DNA from: Ferruginibacter sp.
Lineage (GTDB): Bacteria; Bacteroidota; Bacteroidia; Chitinophagales; Chitinophagaceae
Length of the DNA stretch: 64,000 nt
Direction: 5' to 3'
NCBI GenBank assembly: GCA_047601875.1
Contig: JASGIL010000001.1
Span: 3,645,294-3,709,293, forward strand
Shown here: piece by piece, positions 29,361 through 38,041 of the stretch
Numbering within the stretch: position 1 is the stretch's first letter
How the letters are laid out: each line of letters opens with the position of its first letter
Notes under the pieces: model-generated
What the model was told of the DNA's origin: nothing
What the model saw: the letters and a program-made list of their open reading frames with translations, nothing else
Databases searched by the model: none
Position numbers and translations under genes: made by a program

Positions 29361-29427
29361 GCCGTGGTAGCTCAGGGGTAGAGCATCCCGATGATATCGG
29401 GAGGGTCGTGAGTTCGATTCTCTGGCT
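29361..29427 (+). pseudogene. degenerate tRNA-Thr-like copy with a replaced anticodon arm (would read GAT) and a 5-nt deletion in the T-stem/acceptor
   Basis: The first 25 nt and the T-arm 5' half are identical to the downstream tRNA-Thr(GGT). The 3' end reads TTCGATTCTC-TGGCT instead of TTCGATTCTCACCTATGGCT, so the T-stem and acceptor stem cannot pair. Confidence 0.6.
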
Positions 29428-29438
29428 ACAACTAATAA

Positions 29439-29510
29439 GCCGTGGTAGCTCAGGGGTAGAGCACTTCCTTGGTAGGGAAGGGGTCGTGAGTTCGATTCTC
29501 ACCTATGGCT
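29439..29510 (+). tRNA. tRNA-Thr (anticodon GGT)
   Basis: Acceptor GCCGTGG/CTATGGC with 2 G-U pairs, anticodon arm CTTCC-TTGGTAG-GGAAG. Confidence 0.85.
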
Positions 29511-29587
29511 CTCGAAAAAATACTGTCGATGGTTTACAGACATTAAATTGAAGACCAATTTTCAAAACAAACAATAAAATATAAACA

Positions 29588-30775
29588 ATGGCAAAAGAAT
29601 CATTCAAGAGGGATAAACCCCATCTTAACGTTGGTACTATCGGTCACGTGGATCATGGTAAAACGACACTTACAGCCGCTATAACCGATGTTTTGTCTAA
29701 AAAAGGTTTAGCGGAAAAGAAAAATTATGACGATATCGACGGTGCTCCTGAAGAAAAAGAAAGGGGTATTACGATCAATACAGCGCACGTAGAGTATGCT
29801 ACAGCTACTCGTCACTACGCACACGTTGACTGTCCAGGTCACGCTGACTATGTAAAGAACATGATCACTGGTGCTGCTCAGATGGACGGAGCGATCCTTG
29901 TAGTTGCTGCTACTGACGGACCAATGCCTCAGACAAAAGAACACATCCTTTTGGCTCGCCAGGTAGGTGTACCTCAGATCGTTGTTTTCATGAACAAAGT
30001 TGATCTTGTTGATGACGTAGAATTATTGGAACTGGTTGAAATGGAAATCCGTGAATTATTGACTTCATATGGTTTTGATGGCGATAAAACACCGATCATC
30101 CAGGGTTCTGCAACGGGCGCTCTGGCTGGTGAAGAAAAATGGGTTGCTAAGATCGATGAATTAATGGCTGCAGTTGATAGCTACATTCCATTACCTCCAC
30201 GCTTAGTTGATCAGCCGTTCCTGATGTCTGTGGAAGATGTATTCTCTATCACTGGTCGTGGTACCGTTGCTACTGGTCGTATCGAAAGAGGCCGTATCAA
30301 AGTTGGTGAAGCGATCGAGATCGTAGGTTTACAGGAAAAACCACTTGCTACTACATGTACAGGTGTTGAAATGTTCAAGAAATTGCTTGACGAAGGTGAA
30401 GCTGGTGATAACGCAGGTCTTCTGTTACGTGGTATTGAAAAGACCCAGATCCGTCGTGGAATGGTTCTTTGCAAACCAGGTTCTATCACTCCACACACTG
30501 AATTCAAAGGTGAAGTTTACGTATTGAGCAAAGAAGAAGGTGGACGTCACACTCCATTCTTCAACAAATATCGTCCTCAGTTCTACTTCCGTACTACGGA
30601 CGTAACTGGAGAAGTTACTTTGAATGCAGGTACTGAAATGGTTATGCCAGGCGATAACACAAGCTTATCAGTTACTTTGATCCAGCCAATTGCGATGGAA
30701 AAAGGTCTTAAGTTTGCGATTCGTGAAGGTGGCCGTACAGTAGGTGCTGGCCAGGTTACTGAGATCATTAAATAA
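29588..30775 (+). CDS. tuf: elongation factor Tu
   Basis: Contains [18 protein letters not shown] and NKVDLV. Length is 395 aa. Confidence 0.98.
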   Translation: MAKESFKRDKPHLNVGTIGHVDHGKTTLTAAITDVLSKKGLAEKKNYDDIDGAPEEKERGITINTAHVEYATATRHYAHVDCPGHADYVKNMITGAAQMDGAILVVAATDGPMPQTKEHILLARQVGVPQIVVFMNKVDLVDDVELLELVEMEIRELLTSYGFDGDKTPIIQGSATGALAGEEKWVAKIDELMAAVDSYIPLPPRLVDQPFLMSVEDVFSITGRGTVATGRIERGRIKVGEAIEIVGLQEKPLATTCTGVEMFKKLLDEGEAGDNAGLLLRGIEKTQIRRGMVLCKPGSITPHTEFKGEVYVLSKEEGGRHTPFFNKYRPQFYFRTTDVTGEVTLNAGTEMVMPGDNTSLSVTLIQPIAMEKGLKFAIREGGRTVGAGQVTEIIK

Positions 30776-30778
30776 GAT

Positions 30779-30890
30779 AGCTTTTGGCTTTTAGCTATTA
30801 GTTATTAGCCGAAAGGCATTGCTAATAATTAATTACTATCTTTGAAATATAATGCTAAAAGCTATTGGCTAACCGCTAATAGCTTTTAGC
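30779..30890. repeat. word-hairpin family 4 (imperfect)
   Basis: agcttttggcttttagctattagttattagc ... gctaaaagctattggctaaccgctaatagcttttagc. Confidence 0.55.
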
Positions 30891-30896
30891 TTTCTT

Positions 30897-30967
30897 ACGG
30901 GCATGGTGCAACGGTAGCATACGGGTCTCCAAAACCTTTGATCTGGGTTCGAATCCTAGTGCCCGTG
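30897..30967 (+). tRNA. tRNA-Trp (anticodon CCA)
   Basis: Acceptor ACGGGCA/TGCCCGT, anticodon loop CTCCAAA, discriminator G. Confidence 0.85.
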
Positions 30968-30978
30968 CTAATTAATGA

Positions 30979-31056
30979 GGTGATTTGAAAATTTGAAGAT
31001 GAGCTGATTAAATACTGCTCATCAACGAATCTTCAAATCTTCAAATCTTCAAATTG
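30979..31056. repeat. word-hairpin family 2
   Basis: ggtgatttgaaaatttgaagatgagc ... gctcatcaacgaatcttcaaatcttcaaatcttcaaat. Confidence 0.75.
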
Positions 31057-31061
31057 TTATT

Positions 31062-31256
31062 ATGAACAAATTCAGTGTTTTTGTAAAAGAGTCTTACAAA
31101 GAAATGATGGAGAAAGTGAGTTGGCCTAAATGGGAACAACTTCAACAATCTACCATGATCGTATTGGGTGCTACTTTATTCATCACGGCAATTGTGGCCC
31201 TGATGGACCTGATCGCTAATGGATCTATGAAATTTATTTACTCTTTATTTAAGTAA
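31062..31256 (+). CDS. secE: preprotein translocase subunit SecE
   Basis: 64 aa with a single C-terminal TM helix, sited between tRNA-Trp and nusG. Confidence 0.85.
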   Translation: MNKFSVFVKESYKEMMEKVSWPKWEQLQQSTMIVLGATLFITAIVALMDLIANGSMKFIYSLFK

Positions 31257-31258
31257 TT

Positions 31259-31879
31259 ATGGAAGCAACAACACCTCTGGATAACCTCACTGAGGGCAAA
31301 CCTGCAGATAAAGCGGAGAAGGAAAGCAAATGGTATGTGCTTAGGGTAGTAAGTGGTAAAGAGCGTAAAGTAAAAGAATACCTTGATAAGGATATTGTGC
31401 GTAATGGATGGGACAAGGTTATTAAGCAGATATTCCTGCCTGTAGAAAAAGTATACAAGGTTCTTAATGGAAAAAAAGTAATGCGTGAAAGGAACTTCTA
31501 TCCTGGTTATATCATGATCGAAGTTGCAGGTGATAAATTAAATGATGATATCATCCAGCACGTAAGCAATATCAGCAACGTTATGCACTTCTTAACGGAC
31601 GGTAAAGGTTCTAAAGGAAATATCATTTCTTTAAGAAAAGCTGAGGTTAATAAGATGCTTGGTAAGGTGGATGAGATGAGTGATATCGGCGGTGTAACGA
31701 TGAGTGAGCCATTTATTATTGGCGAAACGATCAAGATCATCGACGGACCATTCAATGATTTCAATGGTGTGATTGAAGAAGTGAGTGATGAAAAGAAAAA
31801 ATTAAAAGTCCAGGTAAAAATATTCGGAAGGGCTACCCCGGTAGAATTAAGTTATATGCAGGTGGAAAAACTTGCGTAA
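31259..31879 (+). CDS. nusG: transcription termination/antitermination factor NusG
   Basis: NGN domain has KWYVLRVVSGKERKV. KOW domain has GETIKIIDGPFNDFNGVIEEV. Confidence 0.95.
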   Translation: MEATTPLDNLTEGKPADKAEKESKWYVLRVVSGKERKVKEYLDKDIVRNGWDKVIKQIFLPVEKVYKVLNGKKVMRERNFYPGYIMIEVAGDKLNDDIIQHVSNISNVMHFLTDGKGSKGNIISLRKAEVNKMLGKVDEMSDIGGVTMSEPFIIGETIKIIDGPFNDFNGVIEEVSDEKKKLKVQVKIFGRATPVELSYMQVEKLA

Positions 31880-31975
31880 TCAATCAAAGTTATCAAACCA
31901 ACTGTTTCAAACCGCTCCATTTTTTAGGGCGGTTTTTTTTGTCTTTAACATCGGGAATGTTTAGCCTTAAATCTG
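31736..31975 (+). repeat. direct-repeat copy 1: intact nusG 3' end (KOW region) plus terminator
   Basis: Aligns by eye, at roughly 70-75% identity, with 36757-36985. That alignment covers atcatcga..ttcaatgatttcaatg..ttatatgcag and the terminator tttagggc(g/t)ggtttttt. Confidence 0.8.
31909..31940 (+). terminator. Rho-independent terminator after nusG
   Basis: aaaccgctcc-atttttta-gggcggtt followed by an 8-T run. Confidence 0.7.
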
Positions 31976-32279
31976 TAGTTGCCTGTTTTACCCATAAGTT
32001 TTGAGTAATTTTTTATATCAATTGATATAAAATTGGAGGTGGTAAAAGATAAAATGCTATTTTGATAAATTTTTGTAGTAACATATTGCCTGAAATTCGT
32101 TGATGAAAAAAGTCACCATAGATATAGAAGCATAAGCTAACTCACTATAGTCTCGTTTGAAAACTACAAAAAAAATAAATTTTTTCTTATGTCTCAAGTC
32201 GCGTTAAGTATCATAAGTGTAATTGGCTTGAAATGAAGTTTTATGATGAATAGTAGTATAAAATTTATCTTTTAAAAAA

Positions 32280-33044
32280 ATGAGTATGGAGTTTATAAAA
32301 GAGTGGGGAATGATAGCAGGTATCGCCGGGATGGCCATTGGTGTGTTCCTTATTTTGTTTCGGGAACTTATTGGTAAAATAATTTTTTCAACGCTAACTA
32401 AAAAACAGTCTTACGTAATTATCATACTCTTTATGGTATTAGTTTGGTCCTTTTCAATATTTTGTATAGTACAATATTATTATGGTAAGGATAAAGCTTC
32501 ACAGCAGGTAACAGTATTGGTTCATGGAGAAAATGGTAAAGATGATTTAATATTACCAACCCGGGGAAAAGTAAAATTAATTTATGGCGACGCTAATGTA
32601 TTGGAAACAATAAATGATAAAGGAGAAGCAACGTTCAAACAAATTCCCAGTCAATTCTTCAATTCAGATTTAACCGTTGAAATACTTTTTTTTGATCCAG
32701 GTGGCGAACCTTATCGTGCTGTAAAGCCAGATTCGCTTTATCATCTTAAAAAAGCCAGTTACATAGATTTAACTGTAAAACTTTACGGATTAGACATGTT
32801 AAAAGGAATTGTAACTGACTTTAAAACAGGCGACCCGATTCCGAACGTTCGTATTAGTATTCTTGGTATAGATACAATGTCCAATAATTATGGAGAATTT
32901 ACATTGTTGATCCCCCGTGAACATCAACGCAAATTCCAAACAGTTAGAGCTTTCAAAGAAGGATATGAACTATTTGAGCTTAACAATATTCCGGTACAAA
33001 CCCAAAGCGAATTCCCAATTGTAATGAAACCTAAACAGGATTAA
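32280..33044 (+). CDS. membrane-anchored protein: 2 N-terminal TM helices plus beta-sandwich (carboxypeptidase-regulatory-like) domain(s)
   Basis: TM segments are GMIAGIAGMAIGVFLILF and YVIIILFMVLVWSFSIFCIV. The C-terminal LKGIVTDFKTGDPIPNVRISILG...YGEFTLLIP is a CarboxypepD_reg-like signature. Confidence 0.5.
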   Translation: MSMEFIKEWGMIAGIAGMAIGVFLILFRELIGKIIFSTLTKKQSYVIIILFMVLVWSFSIFCIVQYYYGKDKASQQVTVLVHGENGKDDLILPTRGKVKLIYGDANVLETINDKGEATFKQIPSQFFNSDLTVEILFFDPGGEPYRAVKPDSLYHLKKASYIDLTVKLYGLDMLKGIVTDFKTGDPIPNVRISILGIDTMSNNYGEFTLLIPREHQRKFQTVRAFKEGYELFELNNIPVQTQSEFPIVMKPKQD

Positions 33045-33045
33045 A

Positions 33046-35112
33046 GTGAGGTATTATTTTGTAATATTAGGTTTAATCATTTTTAATTTTTATGCTCATT
33101 CTCAACAAGTGAAATTGTATGGGCAAATTTGTCTCCATAACAGTAAACTTAGTAAGGATAAACTTAAGTATGTAAATGGTTCATTTATTACTGCTCCTTA
33201 TTCGAAACCCTTTAAAGTTGTGGACAGTGGCAAATTTGAACTTGAGTTTGTAAACATTGCTTTGGGTACACCGATAAAAATTAACGTAGAGACCAATGGT
33301 TATGAAGTTGTGAATGATGATGATCTACGAAAAGTTATTATTGGAAGGAAGCTGCCATTGAATGTGTATTTGACTACCAAAGGGCAACTGGCATTTGCTC
33401 AAACCGAATTTTATAATATTAGTTTAAAAGCAATCTATGCAGAGAGAGACGCAAAAATCACAAAATTATCTGCAAGCGTGGCTGAAAGTAAAATTATTAT
33501 CGCTGAATTGGAGAAGAAGTTCGGACGAAAAATTGCAGATCGTTTTGAGGCTGAAAAATTATTAAATGCAAAAGTTGAAGAACTAAAAAAACGATTGCCG
33601 GAATTTGCACAGAGCATGGCTTATCAGAACCTGGACTTTGCTTCCGATATGTATGTAAAAGCGTATGAATATTTTGAAAAAGGAAACATTGAAAAAGCCA
33701 TTGAAGAATTAGATGAATCACAACTGGAAAAATCTTATCAAAATGCAAAGGAAAGTTTCATTGAAGGGGAGAGATTAGATAATTTAGGTAAAGATATAAA
33801 GGAGAAAAGCCTTTTGCAGATAGATCAGGTAATCAAAAGTCTAGAACTTAAGGCAGCATCATTTAGTTGGACTTTTAATTTTATCGGCTCAGCAACGATT
33901 TATGAAAAAATAATTGAAAAATACAGTTCTCATAATCCTGCCAGTGAAAAATTGGCTAATTATTATTTAAAAGCAGCTAAAGCCTTTTATGATGGTGGAC
34001 AGTTTGAAAAGGCTCTGAAACTTCTTCAAACAAATATTAAAATTCATGAAGAAATTCCTGAGATAGGCCACGCTGCCATAGCAAAATCCTATTCCCTGAT
34101 CGGCATTATTTATAGTATTTTAGGGCAATATGAAAAATCTTTAAAATACCAGGATACTGCGCTCAATAGTTTAAGAGAAATTTCCAATAGTAAGAGTTTG
34201 GATTTAGCACTTGTTTATTGCAATATTGGTGGTGCTTATTATTCTTTACATGAGTATGATAAAGCATTAAATTATCAAAAAAAAGATCTTAGTATACTGC
34301 AAGAACTTTTAGATAGTAATAATACAGATTTGGCTGGCTCTTATGGTAATATCGCAAACACTTACCTTGCTATGGGAAACTATGAACTGGCAATGAAATA
34401 TCAACAAAACTGTACTGAAATTTTTACCCAGGTTTTAGATTCCACACATCCTGATTTGCTTGGCTCTTACATAAATTTAGGTAATATATATAACGTTACT
34501 GGTGAGAAAGAAAAAGCACTCGCCATTTATCAGAAAGTCATCGAAAAAATAGAGCAAAGTTCAGGTCCTAAGAAACCGGACCTGGCCTTCGCTTATACAA
34601 ATGCAGGAGACATTTACTATTTATCTGGTCAATTTGAAAAGGCAATTGAGTGTTATAAACAAGGAATAAAATTTAAAGAGGTGCTTTTGCCTGGTCACTA
34701 TACTTTGGCCCATACGAATTATTCCCTGGGCCGGTGTTACTTATATTTAAAAGAGTACTCGCAGGCTATAGAGTACTTGCAGATATCAGTCAAAATTTCT
34801 CCCGTCCTAAAAGATTCTTTTTATTATAATGATATTGGTATTGCCTTTGCCAAAAGCGGGCAATTCGATAAAGCTAAATCAGCCTTTACTGAATTTGAGG
34901 ACCTTTCTAACGATAAAAGCAAGGTTTTTAAAGATTGGTGCATATACTATGCTTTGAGGGATGAGAAAAATAAAGCTCTTACAAATCTTAAAATGGCAAT
35001 AGATTTAGGATACGATGATTTAAATGTACCAACAGATGAAAGTATCGAAAATATTTTAGGAGATTCTTTGTACACCCAATTAATGAATGACTTTAAAAAT
35101 AGTACAAATTAA
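33046..35112 (+). CDS. secreted protein: signal peptide, beta-sandwich domain, long coiled coil, about 9 TPR (TPR_12-like) repeats
   Basis: GTG start lies 1 nt after the upstream stop. The signal is ILGLIIFNFYAHSQQ. Repeats follow an A..Y.N.G..Y...G.Y..A..Y pattern from about aa 300 to 680. No P-loop was seen. Confidence 0.55.
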   Translation: MRYYFVILGLIIFNFYAHSQQVKLYGQICLHNSKLSKDKLKYVNGSFITAPYSKPFKVVDSGKFELEFVNIALGTPIKINVETNGYEVVNDDDLRKVIIGRKLPLNVYLTTKGQLAFAQTEFYNISLKAIYAERDAKITKLSASVAESKIIIAELEKKFGRKIADRFEAEKLLNAKVEELKKRLPEFAQSMAYQNLDFASDMYVKAYEYFEKGNIEKAIEELDESQLEKSYQNAKESFIEGERLDNLGKDIKEKSLLQIDQVIKSLELKAASFSWTFNFIGSATIYEKIIEKYSSHNPASEKLANYYLKAAKAFYDGGQFEKALKLLQTNIKIHEEIPEIGHAAIAKSYSLIGIIYSILGQYEKSLKYQDTALNSLREISNSKSLDLALVYCNIGGAYYSLHEYDKALNYQKKDLSILQELLDSNNTDLAGSYGNIANTYLAMGNYELAMKYQQNCTEIFTQVLDSTHPDLLGSYINLGNIYNVTGEKEKALAIYQKVIEKIEQSSGPKKPDLAFAYTNAGDIYYLSGQFEKAIECYKQGIKFKEVLLPGHYTLAHTNYSLGRCYLYLKEYSQAIEYLQISVKISPVLKDSFYYNDIGIAFAKSGQFDKAKSAFTEFEDLSNDKSKVFKDWCIYYALRDEKNKALTNLKMAIDLGYDDLNVPTDESIENILGDSLYTQLMNDFKNSTN

Positions 35113-35376
35113 ATTCCTGCTAGCTTAATTGTAGGAACTCTCAAGCGGATAAATGCCCGGAACTATTATTGTAACTTTTTAAGTTTGCCAGTCTTGATGA
35201 TGTTAAGCTGTTTGGACCAATGTTAGTTTTGTTATCTAAATGTACCGGGTACGCTTACCTGTATAAGTCTATAATTATTTTTCAAACCATATCCGCCACC
35301 TGCCAATCGTTCCTTATATGCCGACCTTTATTTATATTTAGATATGCATTCATTTTTCCAAAGCTAAAACTGTAAT

Positions 35377-36732
35377 ATGAACCGCCGAAGTTTTATCAAG
35401 CATTCAACAATACTTACCGGTGGACTTGTGCTTTCAAACAGCCTTGCTGCATCCTTTCATATTTCTAAAAAGACAAGTGTAATTATTATCGGTGCCGGGT
35501 TTGCAGGTTTGGCGGCTGCCTATGCATTGAGTAAAAAGAAAATTCCTTTTGTCATCCTGGAAGCCCGGAACCGAATTGGCGGCAGGGTATTTTCATTTGA
35601 AGCGGACCCGGCAGAAAAATTAGTGATTGAACTGGGGGCCGAATGGGTGGGCAAATCGCATGAAAGGCTGATGGACCTTTGTAAGGAATTCAACCTTGAA
35701 TTACAGAACAATCAATTCGATACGCATCTTTTGTACAAGGGAAAATACAGCCCGCAAGGGCAATGGGATTATTCCGAACCCTGGAAAAAGAAATGGGATA
35801 GCATGCTAAAAACCTATAGACATTTGACCGAAGTTGATAAGAGAAAACTGGATAAATACGATTGGTGGCGATACCTTGTAAATAATGGTTGTGAAGCTTC
35901 AGATCTCGAAATAAAGGAGCTACTCGACAGCACCGATTTTGGTGAGAGTATTCGCCATGTTTCTGCCTTTGCAGCTTTGGCCGAATACGCCGAGAGCAGC
36001 AAAAAGAACGAAATGGATTATAAGATAAAGGGAGGCAATGGTAAACTTGCGGAAGCATTGGCAGATAAAGTTGGAAGGGAATTTATCAAAACCGGTTATA
36101 AAGTAGTTACGATCAATCAAACCGATAAAGTAAAAGTTGTTTGCGCCAATGGCGAAACATTTACTGCGGATAAACTGATTTGCACAGCCCCCACTTTTGC
36201 TGCGAAGAAAATAAACTGGCAGCCTGCTTTACCTGCAAATGTGATGCAGGCAATGAATGAATTGCAATATGCCCGGATCAACAAGCACCCTGTATTGTTC
36301 AATCAACGTTTTTGGAAAGATGAGTCTTTTGACATGATCACTGATACCCCGGCGCATTATATTTATCATGCTACCAAAAACCAACCCTCACAAAAAGGAG
36401 TGTTGATCTCTTATACAATTGGTGATAAAGCGGCAATGATCAGTAATCAATCGGAGGAATGGAATGGCCGTAATGTACTGGAAGCATTATCGCCGGGCTT
36501 CGGGGACGTAAAATCGTTGGTGGAAAAACAATTCAATTACTATTGGGGGCAAGATGAATTTTCAATGGGGGCATATGCTTTATATGGTGTCGGGCAATGG
36601 TTTGATGTAAGACCCATTTTACGTAAATCATTTTTACATACCCATTTTGCCGGTGAACATTTGGCCGATTGGCAGGGCTTTATGCAAGGGGCGATTGATA
36701 CCGGGGAAGAGGCGGCGGGTAAAATAAGTTAA
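35377..36732 (+). CDS. Tat-exported flavin-containing amine oxidase family protein
   Basis: Twin-arginine signal MNRRSFIKHSTILTGG...LAAS. FAD fingerprint IIIGAGFAGLAAAYAL...ILEARNRIGGRV. C-terminal FAGEH motif. Confidence 0.75.
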   Translation: MNRRSFIKHSTILTGGLVLSNSLAASFHISKKTSVIIIGAGFAGLAAAYALSKKKIPFVILEARNRIGGRVFSFEADPAEKLVIELGAEWVGKSHERLMDLCKEFNLELQNNQFDTHLLYKGKYSPQGQWDYSEPWKKKWDSMLKTYRHLTEVDKRKLDKYDWWRYLVNNGCEASDLEIKELLDSTDFGESIRHVSAFAALAEYAESSKKNEMDYKIKGGNGKLAEALADKVGREFIKTGYKVVTINQTDKVKVVCANGETFTADKLICTAPTFAAKKINWQPALPANVMQAMNELQYARINKHPVLFNQRFWKDESFDMITDTPAHYIYHATKNQPSQKGVLISYTIGDKAAMISNQSEEWNGRNVLEALSPGFGDVKSLVEKQFNYYWGQDEFSMGAYALYGVGQWFDVRPILRKSFLHTHFAGEHLADWQGFMQGAIDTGEEAAGKIS

Positions 36733-36756
36733 TGGAGCATTTGTAATAACATTAGA

Positions 36757-36985
36757 ATCATCGATAAATCGTTCAATGATTTCAATGCTGTAATCCATGT
36801 AAGAGAAAAAAAGAAAATTAAAGGTAAAGGTATCTGGCAGGGCTAATTCGGAAGAATTAATTATATGCAGCTGAAAGCTTAGTAATGTATAAATTAACTG
36901 TTAGGAGGGTGTCTCATGTTTAGGGCTGGTTTTTTGTGCTTTAATATTTCGGATTTGTATATGTTACCTTAATACCATATAAAAA
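36757..36985 (+). pseudogene. direct-repeat copy 2: decayed fragment of the nusG KOW-domain coding region plus a decayed terminator
   Basis: Translates as IIDKSFNDFNAVIHVREKKKIKGKG... versus NusG IIDGPFNDFNGVIEEVSDEKKKLKVQVK. It is followed by tttagggctggttttttgtgc, which matches the nusG terminator. Confidence 0.75.
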
Positions 36986-37027
36986 GGGAAATTATCTCAC
37001 TTGGATTGCCACCACGATACTCATATT

Positions 37028-38041
37028 TTAAGACCCGTATTTTTCATAATCTGTTAATGTGTTAGGAGGCAAAAATAGCGGCCCTTTAAAATAACAATTT
37101 CCGCCTTTTTTCTTTGCTCGAAAACATCCATGTATAGCTCTTACGATCCATTGATTCATTTGTTCGATCTGTGATTTACCATAAGAATCAAATAGAAGCT
37201 CTGCATATCCAAAACTAGCTGTTACATACAATTTTGGTGATATTATTTCCCAGTCAAATCTCATTATGCTCTCTCGAATATGTTCTATTAATCTAACAGT
37301 CATATCCTCACCGTAAAATGTTGGGCAAATTATAAATTCGTCACTATTAATATTTTTTCGCAAAGAGTCTGGAGCAGCGCTTGCGACAATCTTATTTATT
37401 TCTAACAAAATTTTATTGCCAATTTCTTTACTATATATTCGATTAATAGCGTTAAAATTATCAATATCAAAGTAAATTAAAAAAGTAATTCGTTTTTCAG
37501 AGAAATGCCTAAACATCAATTTTAATATAGTATTTGTAAAAGCTGACTTATCTACTGTTTTTACTAATTTTTTTTCAACGCCTTCCGGATCATCTAAATA
37601 ATCAAATGGTTTAAATTTTACTGATAAAGCTCCAAATTGCGATAAGCTTTTATGTAATCTTTGGACTAATGTGGAATCTAATTCATTTTTAACGTGAATT
37701 CCAAATATCCTTCGAAGACCATAAGGCACATCTTTTTGGTTTAAAGTATCTCCAACAAATAATGGAATAACTTTATGTTTAGTAGGGTTCTGCCTGTTTA
37801 ATGCAATCGCAGTACTTATTTCCTCCTTTTCGTAAAAAGAAGTTTCTGTATTTTCAGTGCTAAGAATAATTGAAATATATGATTGAGCTTGTGCTTCTGG
37901 TATTTTTACATCCCATAAATCCCCCGGCAGTAGCGATTCTGAATCTAAAAAAACCTCAAACTGTAAGTCCAAAAGATTAAACAATTGTTTGGCTAAAAGA
38001 GTATCTATTGCGGAATGTGCGATAAAAAAATGATATTTCAT
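37028..38041 (-). CDS. TIR domain fused to a divergent GGDEF-type (palm) nucleotide-cyclase-like domain (signature NSDEF)
   Basis: N-terminal HFFIAHSAIDTLLAKQL...VFLDSESLLPGDLWDVKIPEAQAQSYISIILS...SFYEKEEIS fits the TIR pattern. C-terminal FLIYFDIDNFNAINRIYSKEIGN..., NINSDEFIICP, TASFGYAE and RAKKKGGNCY align by eye to the GGDEF motifs of PleD-type cyclases. Start placed at the ATG at 38041 (MKYHFF); the ORF-track start is 38101. Confidence 0.65.
   Translation of the reverse strand: MKYHFFIAHSAIDTLLAKQLFNLLDLQFEVFLDSESLLPGDLWDVKIPEAQAQSYISIILSTENTETSFYEKEEISTAIALNRQNPTKHKVIPLFVGDTLNQKDVPYGLRRIFGIHVKNELDSTLVQRLHKSLSQFGALSVKFKPFDYLDDPEGVEKKLVKTVDKSAFTNTILKLMFRHFSEKRITFLIYFDIDNFNAINRIYSKEIGNKILLEINKIVASAAPDSLRKNINSDEFIICPTFYGEDMTVRLIEHIRESIMRFDWEIISPKLYVTASFGYAELLFDSYGKSQIEQMNQWIVRAIHGCFRAKKKGGNCYFKGPLFLPPNTLTDYEKYGS

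Larger units (their letters stand above)
31976..36756 (+). mobile_element. putative integrated island remnant bounded by the nusG-3' direct repeats; no integrase present
   Basis: About 4.8 kb of cargo lies between two diverged copies of the same ~240-bp segment. It interrupts the conserved nusG-rplK junction, and its first two genes are markedly AT-rich. Confidence 0.5.
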
